Shown: piece by piece, positions 50,477 through 62,730 of the stretch
Position numbering within the stretch: the stretch's first letter is position 1
How the letters are laid out: every line of letters begins with the position of its first letter
From: Sphaerodactylus townsendi
Lineage: Eukaryota
Length of the DNA: 64,000 nt
Direction: 5' to 3'
Assembly (NCBI RefSeq): GCF_021028975.2
Contig: NC_059434.1
Span: forward strand, 23,188,001-23,252,000
Made by a program: the position numbers and the translations under genes
The notes under the pieces: generated by a model
Database searches by the model: none
Told to the model about the DNA's origin: nothing
Seen by the model: the letters and a program-made list of their open reading frames with translations, nothing else

Positions 50477-50745
50477 CAGCAGTGGCGTAGTGGTTAAGAG
50501 CAGGTGCATTCTAAATCTGGAGCAACTGGGTTTGACTCCCCGCTCTGCCACTTGAGCTGTGGAGGCTTATCTGGGGAATTTGATTATCCTGTGCACTCCA
50601 ACACACGCCACTTGGGTGACCTTGGGCTAGTCACAGTTCTTCTGAGCTCTCTCAGCCCCACCTACCTCACAGGGTGTTTGTTGTGAGCGGGGAAAGGGAA
50701 AGGAGATTGTAAGCCCCTTTGAGTCTCCTACAGGAGAGAAAGGGG
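50477..50745 (+). mobile_element. tRNA-derived SINE whose tail runs into the assembly gap
   Basis: Same head and body as 31771. Confidence 0.88.
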
Positions 50746-50877
50746 NNNNNNNNNNNNNNNNNNNNNNNNNNNNNNNNNNNNNNNNNNNNNNNNNNNNNNN
50801 NNNNNNNNNNNNNNNNNNNNNNNNNNNNNNNNNNNNNNNNNNNNNNNNNNNNNNNNNNNNNNNNNNNNNNNNNNNNN
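50746..50877. other. assembly gap (N run)
   Basis: 132 N, located at a SINE microsatellite tail. Confidence 1.
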
Positions 50878-51740
50878 CTAAACAGAAACTGGAAGTGTTA
50901 AGCAGATTAAATTATTTACCAGTAGGAGTTTTCTTCACATCTGCTTATATTAGATGAAAGTCTTTGATGGTTAAGCATAATGGAACAATCCACGAGGATC
51001 TTCTTTTGAATTAATGGAAGGATGGATAGAACTATGGTTCTTTTCGGTGCTCATGTGCTTATTCATATTCCAGTCATTTGCTTGTGGAAGAGACATTTTA
51101 AACTGCTTGCACATATAATGGTTTGTGGTCATTCTGGGGACTGTAGTAGACTTAGCAATATGAACGAGTATCTCTGTACCATAGTTTGAGTTAGGGCTGT
51201 GATCACAGGCATATCACATTGGCTGTTTTGGACATAACCATCTTGCACTGTGCTCATGTATACGAATGAGAACTTGGCCTCAAGTGTCTCTCTCTGATTG
51301 GTCTCAGACATTTCAAGCACATAAACACTGGCAGCTTTGAGAGTCAGGTTTCCTTCTGATCTTAATTGAAGTAAGCAGCAGACAGTTTATGGGCTCTCCT
51401 AAGCTAACCCGCATGAGTTTATTTGGCATAGCTGATGTTTCTGACATCTTGCTGCAAGTCTAATCAAAACCAGACTTGTTCCAGTGTAGTCTAGCCTAAT
51501 GAGCATCTACTGAATTGCGAAAAGACCAGGCTAAACAAAGAGCCACTAGCATGGAAACACCATTTCTTGTACTTTTTTATTAGACTGAATCAAAGTTTGC
51601 TTTGCTTCTGTTATTCTCTCTTGTTTGAAAATGCTGGGAAGCTAAGCCAATGTGTAGTAACTGCCCTCTCCCTCCCTGCTTAGGTTTTAGCCAGGAATCA
51701 GCGATCGAAATCTGTACCTGAGTTATTTGGAGAAGTCAGT

Positions 51741-52395
51741 GGCCCTTTCCGCACGGGCCAAAAACGGCGGCCTGGGGACGGCAAAAACGCCGTCCCCAGG
51801 CCGCCGTTCGCACAGGCGTTTATGTGCCAGTGTTTATGTGCTTGAAATGTCTGAGACCAATCAGAGAGAGACACTTGAGGCCAAGTTCTCATTCGTATAC
51901 ATGAGCACAGTGCAAGATGGTTATGTCCAAAACAGCCAATGTGATATGCCTGTGATCACAGCCCTAACTCATTTCAGCAGCGCCGACCTGGCTCCCCTTC
52001 CCCTCCCTCAGGGCGGCGTCAGGCCGCCCTCAAAAACACCCGTTTAAAGGGTAGTTTTTGAGTAAACAGCGTGTTCCTGGCTGTTTCCCCGTCCCTCTCC
52101 CACTTACCTCGTCACCGTCGTCGCCCTGCTGTCCTCCTAAGACCCTCCCTCGCTGTCCTCCGACCCCTGGAGGTCGGAGGGCAGCGTGGGCGGGGCTTAG
52201 GAGGACAGCAGGGTGACGACAGCAACGAGGTAAGTGGGAGAGGGATGGGGAAGAGACGGCTCCGTGCGGAGCCGCCACTCCTGCGCCGGCCTCTGCTGGG
52301 GCCGCTCGCACACTTGCGTGCGAACGGCCCCCACCCTTCCACCGGCAGAATTCTTGCCGGTGTGAGGGCGCATAGAGACCCGTGCAGAAAGGGCC
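51741..52395. mobile_element. GC-rich Harbinger-type MITE carrying a 147-bp captured flank
   Basis: TIR GGCCCTTTC(C/T)GCACGGG; TSD AGT. Confidence 0.88.
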
Positions 52396-52630
52396 AGTGA
52401 TTCTTCAAATCCTTTGTTTCGAAGGCCTAATGATCTAGTATTGAGGCCTTGAAGCAGCCAAGATAGTTTGCTCCTTGGATACTTAAAAGTTCTGGAGATA
52501 TTGCATAATTTGGATCAGGGCTGCGGAAGGGGAATTAACCCTTCAGCTTCTTTTAGTTTTGAAAAGGAGTGAAAAGATGAGCATTTAAAGAACAGTCCCC
52601 CATTTTAAAGCTCAAGTTTACTGAAACCAA

Positions 52631-53139
52631 GGCCCTTTCCTCACAAATCACCTAAAACGTTTGAAAACCATTTTCAATACCTCCCTTTACCACAATGTTT
52701 GTCCGCACTCATCCCCTTGAAATGATTCATGGCTGCCATTAAGTGCCCCCCCTTGAGTTATTTTGTTTAATCTTTGCTTCAATGCTTTATGCTGCAATTC
52801 TCTCTATCTCATATACTTGTCGCTTCGAAGATTTTACTGCCCCCCCCATGATGAAAATAAATGGGGAGGGGGAGACAGAGTGAGCTCAGCAACATGATAA
52901 AATGGCACCAAGGAGGAAGTTTGGGGATTGCACAGAGGTGTGGAAAACTTAGTAAATAGATTGTTCAGCGAGTCAAGACGTTTTGAAAATGTTTCAAACC
53001 AAAGAATCCTTTTAAAAGGGGATTGAGGCTGAATAAAATATATTCAGGACATAAGGGGGAAAACAATGCAGAACTCCATGGAGGAAACATTTAATTTCCT
53101 GCCTCAAAATATTTTGAAAGGTTTGTGTGGAAAAAGGTT
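52631..53139. mobile_element. degenerate AT-rich Harbinger-type element
   Basis: Left TIR GGCCCTTTCCTCAC; right end GTGTGGAAAAAGG is decayed. Confidence 0.5.
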
Positions 53140-53345
53140 TGTGTGGCCCGAGTAAGGATTGAAAGGTCACATCATCTCTCCCCACCCCACAGGGGTGTGC
53201 CAATATGTAATTTCCTTGAAGCCTAAGGTCCAAAATGAGTTTTGTGGCATGAGGGTTCTATCTTTTGGGGGGGAGGGCATATTCTGTAAAGTGCAATTTA
53301 CACTGCAAGATCCTCATCCCCAACTGGCTAAATATACGTAACTAT

Positions 53346-53867
53346 GGGCGCTTCCGCACGGAGGCGGAAGGGGATGGGTCGGCGCATCCCACGCCGACCC
53401 GACACCGCTGGGACCGTTCGCACGAACGGTCCCAGAAACGGCCAGGACGATGGCACCGCAGAGCGCCGTCGCCCAGCCGACCCGGCGTGTCCCCGGCAGT
53501 CCGGCACGTTGCCGAGGCCTGGAGACACGCCCCCCGGCCCTGCGCGACTGCTCCAGCGTCGCAGGCCAGGGGGGCGTGTCCCCAGGCCTCGGCGACACGC
53601 CGGATGGCTGGGGACCAGGTAAGTGCAGTTTGGGAGGGGGGGAAGGCGCCTTGGAGCTGCTGCCGTTCGCACGGCAGCGGCTCCAAGCCGCCGTTTCCCA
53701 AAAACCTCGCTGGGGAAGTGAGGTTGGGAAACGGCGGCTTCGCACTGATCGGGCGGCGCGAGGACGGCGCGGCTGCGAAGCAGATGCGCCCCCTGTGCGA
53801 ATGGCTCCCTGGGGACGGCGTTTTTGCTGTCCCCAGGCCGCCATATTCCGCCCTTGCGGAAGGGGCC
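53346..53867. mobile_element. GC-rich Harbinger-type MITE
   Basis: TIR GG(GCG/CCC)CTTCCGCA; interior similar to 30086-30565; TSD not evident. Confidence 0.78.
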
Positions 53868-55448
53868 TCAGTTTGTTGGAGGGCAGCCATATTAAGGCAC
53901 AGGAAGATAGATGAAAATGACAGCTTCCCATCAGCCTGCAAAAGATAAATTGAACATTTGCACATAAAGGGCAAACTACTAGGTTACTAGCTAGCTAGGT
54001 TGTTAGCTGATGGTTAGCAATTGACAGGAGATGTGTGGGAAGGCACATGTGGGGTCTCAGACATTGCAGCATGACATCATAATCTAGGAAATTCAGAAGG
54101 GATATCACATTACTTTAGGAATTGCCAGAAACCATAGAGTTTCTGATGATTCCCAGAACAACATGATAGCAGTTCCAGGTTACCACCAGAGGCTGTGTTA
54201 TGCCCTGCTCAAGGCCAGCAAATCTTTTTCTTCTGCACCTTGAAGAAATAGCAATGGGAAGAGAGGGTTGCTGACAGGAGACCTGGCAACCCAGGGTCTG
54301 GGGTACATGGACCTTACTCATTTTCCCGGCAGCCACACAGCAGCCACAGGGACTGGCATTTAAAAGGTCAACAAGGGCCAATGTAACTGAGGAGTCAGAG
54401 AGAATGTTGTATTGCAATGAATTAGCAGAACAAGTAATAGGGCAGAGATGTGAGTGAGAACTTTACCGGATAACAAATGAATTTACACTAAACAGAGGAA
54501 CAGCAAACCCTATCTTTCAAGTGCTCAGTCTGGGTGTCTGGGTAGTCTATATGTGAACAGGAGGACTCCTCTTTTGCTGGAAGAAGAAGCAGAGAGATAT
54601 TTCCAGAAGCTCATATGATTCTAGTCATGTGACTTCAACAGAACTCTTGTTTGAATGAATGAATCAGGCACTTGTAAAATCTTAACAGGGAACATAGCTG
54701 CCTTCTTCCCTGCACCACTTTCCTGAGCTGAAATTGGAGAGCTATTTGCCCTGTTTTGCTGCTACATGTTCACAGAATACAAAAAGGAAATTCTAGGAAA
54801 GGACTGTGAACCAATACAACTAGGCATACTTATTCATGGGGATAATTCTGTAATATCTTTTGATTTTCAGCCCATTGCTTTTTACAGAGTGCTGGTTCCT
54901 GGTTCAGAGATTTCAGTTCCTGCTGGTTCCTGGTTCAGATATGTGAACAGTTTCCCAGCTGTTCATATATCAAAAGATATCTGGAAATCCCGTTGAAATG
55001 ACCTGCATATGCCTGTTGTATGTCAGGGCATCATTGTATGCTGGTCTGTAGCAATGTAACTCCTTTCAACAGCTGGGCTGCTAATGGATTAAAGATCATT
55101 CATTCCAAGGCATCTTGAATGGATCTTCAGCTTTATACGCTGACTATTACCAACGAGCATCTCAACTGATACGACCCAGAAAGTTTCCAAGTCATTTGGC
55201 TTTTTCATGTAGGATGTAGTGACAGCTTTTTATGTTGCTTCAGTGAATCCTTCCTTTGTTTTGGATCTGCATATGCTGGAAGAGTTGTTGTAGCCGTAAA
55301 AAAAAAGAAACTTGCTTGCAGTCTGAATTATGTCCAGTTTCATGGTTGTCATTGCAGCTTTCTAAGTAAACAAAAAATGAAGTTCGAAAAAAAGGACTAT
55401 TTCACTTGCTATTAACACATTCCAGAGAAGATTGTCCTATCAGTCTAT

Positions 55449-55707
55449 NNNNNNNNNNNNNNNNNNNNNNNNNNNNNNNNNNNNNNNNNNNNNNNNNNNN
55501 NNNNNNNNNNNNNNNNNNNNNNNNNNNNNNNNNNNNNNNNNNNNNNNNNNNNNNNNNNNNNNNNNNNNNNNNNNNNNNNNNNNNNNNNNNNNNNNNNNNN
55601 NNNNNNNNNNNNNNNNNNNNNNNNNNNNNNNNNNNNNNNNNNNNNNNNNNNNNNNNNNNNNNNNNNNNNNNNNNNNNNNNNNNNNNNNNNNNNNNNNNNN
55701 NNNNNNN
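55449..55707. other. assembly gap (N run)
   Basis: 259 N. Confidence 1.
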
Positions 55708-56654
55708 CAATATGTGATCAAATCAGAGATCAGGATAGTTCCCTGTTTTACTCCTAAAGCAAAAGAAAGACTTCATTGAAGGGGGGGGGGGGGAGCATTT
55801 GGCATGCAGTGCTTCAGCCTGATAGAGTAGAATTTAAATTGAATCTCTTTTCTATGACCATGGAGCATTGACATCGTAATGACCAGATATGCAAGCGGTT
55901 GCTTTGCATTTGAAAGGCAATGCCTGATGTAGCTTAATTAATCAGAAGCACACTCCCTGTTGCACTTTTCAGTTCTGTGAATACCTGGGGTCTATAGGGA
56001 GACTCTATTATGTACTGTAAGCTATATGGCGAGCATTTCTCCAGCTGGACCCTAAAGTTTGCGTCATGCTGGCCTGCTAACTGTAGAAGGTTTGTTTTTC
56101 AGAAACTGTGTCCCAGTCATGAGGGAAGCGTGGCGCTCGCAGGATTAAGCATCTGGTCCTTGAAAGGGCAGATGGTCAGACTGGTTTTCAGCTGCCTTTA
56201 TCCATTTGTATGCAATCATCAGACTCTGCCCCTCCATGCCCTCCCCTCACCCCAGATGACAACGAGAGTTCCCTCGGATCAAAATAAAGAGTATTGCAAT
56301 GGTAAATTAAAAAAATGGTCACAGAGAATTGGTTTTGTACATGATACTGCACAAGAGTTGCCACCAAGATTTGTCTTTAAGTGTGAAATAAAAATGGAGG
56401 GTTTTGCTTGGCCTTGTAGTAGTAACAAACTAGTGGGACGGGTCAATATATTCAGTCTTAATGGGCTACAAATAGAAAGATAAAGAACAGATTTTTATGG
56501 CATAAAATATCATATGCAGTGCATGGCAGGGATATGCATGAATTTATTAACTAGCAGATAAAATTACATTTTATTTTTGTTATTATTGTTATAACAGAAA
56601 AGCTAAAATGAATTCATATTAATGTATGTTGTTCTGGTACCTGACTGTCTAGAT

Positions 56655-56874
56655 CAGGGGTCTGCAACCTGCGGCTCCGGAGCCGCATGCGGCTCTTTCA
56701 GCCTTATACTGCAGCTCCACATGGCCTGGAGGTCGGAGAGTAGCATGGGCGTGTCCCTCCAGAGCAGTGCTGGAAGGAAAGGTGAGCGGAGCCGCCTCTC
56801 CGGCTCGGTAGATCTTCGGGCCATGGAAAACGGGTCCAAATGGCTCTTTGGGTGGTAAAGGTTGCCGACCCCTG
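56655..56874. mobile_element. hAT (Charlie-like) non-autonomous element
   Basis: TIR CAGGGGTC(T/G)GCAACCT; perfect 8-bp TSD GTCTAGAT. Confidence 0.9.
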
Positions 56875-57441
56875 GTCTAGATGAGAGATTTAATGTTGGA
56901 TGATGGTTTTGTCTGACACACCTGAGGAAAGTGAAATGAATTCTTATAAGGTTAGTGAATGTTTCAGTTTGAAGCAAAGTACACATTTATACAGGCGAAA
57001 AGTCCCAAGATTGTCATTAGATTTTGACGATAGAAAAAATCCATGAGAATTTCTGGAGTTCTCCTCCGATGAAACATCAGAAGAGTTTTGAGGGAACATT
57101 TTTCAGGGGGGTTGTCACATATTGTTAAGTTACACAGCACACACAAATCAAATGCACACTTGGAAGAAAGAAAGTGGAAGAAATAATGATACAAAACAAC
57201 TGAAATGAAAAACATACAAAATGTAATATTCCTACAACATGTGACATGAAAGCAGATGGTGTGAACACATTTGATTTCTGGTACCCTGTGCATATTTACT
57301 TGGAAGTAAGCTCTATTGAGACTCAGTGGGACTTACTTTTGAGTAACAATGCATAGCATTGGGACAGGCAAGATGGCAGCTTAGAAGGAGCTTGCAATAA
57401 TACTAAATTCAAACAACTCAACAATTGCAGTTGCAGTCATT

Positions 57442-57743
57442 GAAGAAGAAGAAGAGTTTGGATTTATATCCCCCCTTTCTCTCCTATAGGAGACTCAAAG
57501 GGGCTTACAATCTCCTTGCCCTTCCCCCCTCACAACAAACACCCTGTGAAGTGGGTGGGGCTGAGAGAGCTCTGAGAAGCTGTGACTAGTCCAAGGTCAC
57601 CCAGCTGGCGTGTGTGGGAGTGGACAGGCTAATCTGAATTCCCCAGATAAGCCTCCACAGCTCAAGCGGCAGAGCTGGGAATCAAACCCGGTTCCTCCAG
57701 ATAAGAGTGCACCTGCTCTTAGCCACTACGCCACTGCTGCTCC
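57442..57743 (-). mobile_element. tRNA-derived SINE
   Basis: Near-identical to 47990-48292. Confidence 0.9.
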
Positions 57744-58617
57744 AAATTGTTTTGCTAATTGCAGGGACACTGATTTGGTCCCTCAAAACAACACAGCAGC
57801 CACTTTGAAGTGTTGTCCTTTTTTTAGAAAGACCTCTAGATAATGTTGTTTGCTGAAATAGTTTTCATTTTTAAACCGATGCCAATTAAAATATTTCCAA
57901 AACAACAGAGCAAGGTTATATTTCAGAAATGCATCAATCACACTTTAGAAATCAATGAATTACAATACAAATATACATATTGTGCCATATTCTTTCTATT
58001 TCTCTTTAAGCAAAAAAAAAAAAAGCCTCTCTTGCACTTGTGAAATAGTGCTATATGCAGCATAATTTAGAGAGAGCAAATGGAATTCCTGCTGCTTGCC
58101 AGAACATAAATCATGAATTTTGGTTTCATTTATACTGTGCCTTTTGTAAAAAACCAACGTATCTTGCCAAAAATAATTAAAAGAGGGGAGGGCAGAAACC
58201 TGAGGAGGAAAATTAAAATACTCTATGTTTCCATTTATTTCTTGCCAGACCTTTTCAGCTACAGGACCCTGTAAAGGCCAAATGGTTTGAAACTTATTAG
58301 AATTGTCACGGCAATCAAGGAGAACTGTGTCTGAGCGACAGATATAGATCTACGCTACATCACTCTTGTGCAATGACAGGGTACATGTTAAAATCAGTTT
58401 TTCTCCCTTTCACTTCATTCTTTGAAGGCAACATCTGCTCATAATGATGTGGCACCCTGCAGACTCATGTTGCCAAAATGGATTTTTAAACTCTACTTCT
58501 TTGTCGCTTGAGATTGTAACGCTATTTTAACGTGTTCAAATGTGCCTCTCTCAGGAGGGCACATTCTTTAAATTTATAGAGATAGTATTTTAGCTGAATG
58601 TAAGATCACATCAATGA

Positions 58618-58876
58618 ACCAGCATAGTGTAATGGTTAAGATACCAGACTAGGATTTGGGAAACTAGGTTCCAATCCCCACTCGCTGGAAACTTGCTCTG
58701 TGACCTTGGGCCAATCACACTCACAGTCTCAACCCTGGCATATATTGGGATGGGAGACCTCCAAATAATACCAGGGTTGTGATGTGGAGGCAGGCAGCTG
58801 CCAACCACCTCTCAACATCTCTTTCTTTGAAAACTCCACCGTGGGTTGCTGCAAGGCAGCTGTGACTTGATGGCAA
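58618..58876 (+). mobile_element. tRNA-SINE 5' half joined to the 3' part of a 5S-headed SINE
   Basis: TAGTGTAATGGTTAAG head up to ~58730, then GGATGGGAGACC and the tail seen at 19280-19400. Confidence 0.6.
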
Positions 58877-59302
58877 AAAACAAAACAAAAATCACATTAG
58901 CCAGACTGAAACACATCTGGGATATCCTGCTGATTTCAGTGGAAGAATATGCTTGGCTTCTCCCATTTAAATTGATGATACGTGAACGTTCTTAAATTTC
59001 CAGATTCATAATTTCTTTATACAATTGGATTGGGTGTTGGATCCCATGCCAATCAATGCCATGATGCTGAACTAAATGCCATGACGTGGATCCAACCAGC
59101 TTTTCCGGGTAGGAGAAAGGTCCCCTTTGACCATCAAAAATGCTCTGCTGCTGCAGATCGTAGGACCTGCATAGACAAAGACCGTGTGGGATGGGGCTGT
59201 AATAACCAGAACCTTTATTGGCATAACAACATTATATACACAGATCCACTTAACCAAGTAGAGGGAAGCTAAAATAAATGTACAGGTAGAGAAGGCTGAT
59301 GT

Positions 59303-59532
59303 TCAGGATTTGCTCCTAAAGCGCTGTTTTATATACAAATCCAAAAATTTGGTGACTGCATCGTTTGCATCACTACTGGAGCTGTCCAACAGTAAGGTAA
59401 TCTTTTGCAAGTCAGATGCATACTCTTTTTTGAGTAGCAGAGGTGACAGGTGTTTGACTCTGGGTCCTGTGTAAAGTGGACAATAAAGTAAAATATGGTC
59501 TATAGAGTCAAGAGTGTTTGTTTCTTGGCATA
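59303..59532 (-). mobile_element. non-LTR retrotransposon ORF2 C-terminal remnant (zinc-knuckle-like ...DSIDHILLYCPLY...)
   Basis: ORF 59303..59566 has an HxxxxC motif followed by PLY..R..LSPLL, typical of the CCHC tail of LINE RT proteins. Clade not determined. Confidence 0.55.
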
Positions 59533-59750
59533 TTGTATTGTCGAAGGCTTTCACGGCTGGATTCAAGTGGTTCTGGTGGGTTTTCCAGGCTGTGTGGCCG
59601 TGGTCTGGTGGATCTTTTCCTAACGTTTTGCCTGCCTCTGTGGCTGGCTTCTTCAGAGGTGTATCACAGAGGGAAGTCTGTTACACACTGTGTCAGTAAG
59701 AAGGGAATGTTTTAGTGGGGTATAAATTGTCATGGAACCAATCAGTAAGT
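59533..59750 (-). mobile_element. Penelope-like fragment (pseudo-LTR plus adjacent body sequence)
   Basis: TGTATTGTCGAAGGCTTTCACGGCTGGATTCAA, as at 28203; decayed hammerhead core on the minus strand. Confidence 0.7.
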
Positions 59751-60227
59751 GTAATCAGTAACCAATTATTTCGAAAACGTCATGCAAGTACTGGGCGTTT
59801 AGAAGAGAAATCATATTTCATTTGAGAACTACACGGAGGGATCTCCTAGTTGCGCTGAAGCCAAAGACACGGGCTCCTTCTATTCTCACACCACGTAGAC
59901 ACGTGATTATTTGATTTGCTCACCTGGAACACCTACAGTTGATTCTTGAATGAATTTATATACATATGAATGAATATAAAAAGACTATTCATGCAGTTGA
60001 TTTATGAATGAACTTTGAGAATGAAGACAATTGATGCTATTATTTTATGAATGAACTTTTGGACTTATGAATGAACTATAGATTATTAACTAAGCAAACC
60101 CTGATCTAAAGAACCTCTGTTCATAATAATGGTCAATAATGGGGGAAAAATTATTTCGAAAGGTTTAGATAAGATAAAAGACATTTACTCCAGTGCTTGG
60201 CTCAGGGTTCATGGAGAGGGAGAGACA

Positions 60228-60338
60228 GGCGGATTCTGCATGGGTTAAAAACAGTGGTGTGAAAATGGTGTAAACCCTTGTACACCGTTTTAAACCACTG
60301 TTTTCACACCGTTGTTTTTGACCCATGTGGAATCCGCC
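60228..60338. mobile_element. palindromic PIF/Harbinger-type MITE (same family as 5186)
   Basis: Same TIR and hairpin; flanks ACA/AGA. Confidence 0.75.
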
Positions 60339-62296
60339 AGATAGTGGTTCAGCAGATACGTTACTGATGTGGGATTTACCATTTGGCAAAGTTACCCAGA
60401 TCTGCATTGCTAAACTGTTTTCCCAGTGATTCCTTTAATCATATTGTTTGATGCACCATCTTGTGGAAGGCTTTGAGTCTATATGAAGAATTACTTCAGC
60501 TGACTTGAGCTAGTCTATTCTCTGGTTATGTCACAATCCATGGACACTCTGGCATACAGACATTGCTGCAGGCAAAGGGGGAATACTGGTGAATACTATA
60601 CCTGTCCCCCACTGAAGTAGGCAGCACTGCCAATTAACTAGATGAAAATGGTGTTTTCTTTGCATTCGTGCGGGTGGGGAAGGGTGCTATACAACAAAGG
60701 CTGGATTTCCTCCACAGCTGGATGGGAGACATCTTATCCTCTCTCAGTAATCTGTGCTGCCATGAGCAACATACCACAGAGGTCGAATCCCCACTACCAT
60801 CTTAGCCAGGTTTCAGAACACAAAACCAGGTTTGCGTGGCAGATTCCGTTTCTGGTGCTCGTTCTCCCTGTTAATCTGCGTTCCGGCAGGACCTGGTTGC
60901 AAGTGGCATAGACCCCATTAACACGGTTCAGAGCTGATCCGAGGGAAGGGATGAGGGTTGAAACCCTGACTCGTTTCCCGCCCTGGAGTGTGACGCAGAA
61001 TTTGGGCAACCAATCAGCACTGCAATGCACACGCAGCCTTTCCTTGGTTTCATTTCCGCTTTTGCGATTGGCCAGCAGAAGGGGATGCAAACATTAAACA
61101 GTCAAACGCGTAACTTTGAATCGTTCATCATTTACACAGGTAATGATTAAGTGTTTGCACAGTTAAACAGTTAAATGTTAAACTTTTACACACTGTTTTT
61201 TTTAATCACACCCCTACAATGTACGTTTCTGCAGTGGGAAAAGGTCCCGCCCCATCAAGGCACGCCAGCCAATCAGGGGAGACCAGCGAAGAGAGCTAGC
61301 CTGGTAGTGGGGATTGCTAAGAGTTCTGCAACCGGGTGTATCTGCTGTGTGCTCACTGCAGTGGGGAGGGAGAAACTTCGATGAAGAGGACACAGTTTCA
61401 CAATGAACAGGTTTGGATCTGCGTGCAAATTTCAAGTGGGGATTCGACCTGAGTTTAGAGCTCCAGTCTGTGGCTCCATTCATTCAAAACAAACACACAT
61501 TGGTGAAAATCACTTGAACTGATACAGATGTGTGGAACATGTGAAAAGGGAACTAAGGGAGATCTCCCAGAACAAAACAATTTCAGAGTTGGCTGAATGG
61601 CTGAGTAGTAAATCTACAAACTGTGCCTCCACCTGGTCCCATTTCCTGTATGTCCACCATGTTCCAACTAAGTATGGTGTCCACCTGATAGCTTATTTAT
61701 TCATTAATTGTGTATAATTTCTACACATGTTTCCATGATGTCTGCTTGGTTGGGCTGCTAAATGCAAACTTATGTGCAAGCTTCTATCAAGCTACCTTTT
61801 TTCTTGGGTTATCTTGCCAAAATCTCCCTCTGCCAGCTCTGTCTGAAATGTTGCAGGAAGCATCCTTTAGGGATGTCCTTGCAAGTTTCTGTCAGGTGGA
61901 CTGATGGAAAGTGAAAGAGATATGCTTTCTAGTTAAATGAAATGAAAAACAACAGCGCTGTACTGAACAACTAAAACAAATAGTTTTACTAACAAATCTA
62001 ACAAAACGGGATCAAGGCCTTTAATAAGAGAGAGAACCAAAAATAAAACTTGTGTTGTGTATGCATGTGTGCACGTTCCTAATTGTTAATGATCTCAGTT
62101 GTTCCACAAGCACGAAGTGCATATTGAGGAACTACCAAGGGATCCAAAGAATGCAATGTAGAAAATTGAAGCAGAAATCTCCAAACTTTCTAGCTGTAGA
62201 TACATTTGAAAAAATAATAATGCATGGAAGATCACCTGTGACTTCAGAAGATGGCTTCTCAATTCTATGCTTCTAATGATCCAACTTCATGTTCAT

Positions 62297-62488
62297 CAGT
62301 GGTGGCATCCAAAAATTTTAATAACAGGTTCCGATGGTGGTGGGATTCAAACAGTGGCGCCGCCGCACACACGCACCTCCAGTCCCTATTGGGCAGGGAG
62401 GTTGCTTTAGTAACCCCTTCTTGGCACTCAATAAAAAATAGTAACCACTTCTAGAGAAGTGGTGAGAACTGGCTGGATCCCACCTCTG
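62297..62488. mobile_element. hAT MITE (CAGTGGTGG family, longer variant)
   Basis: Perfect TSD ATGTTCAT. Confidence 0.85.
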
Positions 62489-62568
62489 ATGTTCATGTTC
62501 TTCTTGCTTCCATGTCGCTGTCAACCTCATTTGCTCACTGACTTGGAGTCAGAATCAAGTGTGTATTC

Positions 62569-62730
62569 CAGAGGCGAAGCAAGGGGGAAAAGCACCCAAT
62601 GCACTGGTGCATTCTCCCCCACCCCGCCATGCCCTGGAACGCCCCCACCCCGCCCTGTCCTTGTCGCACCCCCACAGGGGCATGCGCCTGGTGCATCACG
62701 CCCCCCTGTCCCCTTGGAGCTATGCCTCTG
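62569..62730. mobile_element. hAT-type MITE
   Basis: TIR CAGAGGC..AGC; TSD GTGTATTC/GTGTACTC. Confidence 0.8.

Noticed and set aside
51129-52047. Two ORFs sharing the peptide LEMSETNQRETLEAKFSF... as a possible gene duplicate
   Set aside because: Explained by the 147-bp inverted copy; no splice or homology support for coding.
53265-53974. Overlapping 150-227 aa ORFs on both strands (similar cases at 30059-30668, 25065-25676, 33320-33839)
   Set aside because: Stop-poor GC-rich MITE interiors; no transposase or other domain motifs.
55402-55779. ORFs made of X residues (also 50719-50901)
   Set aside because: Artefacts of N gaps.
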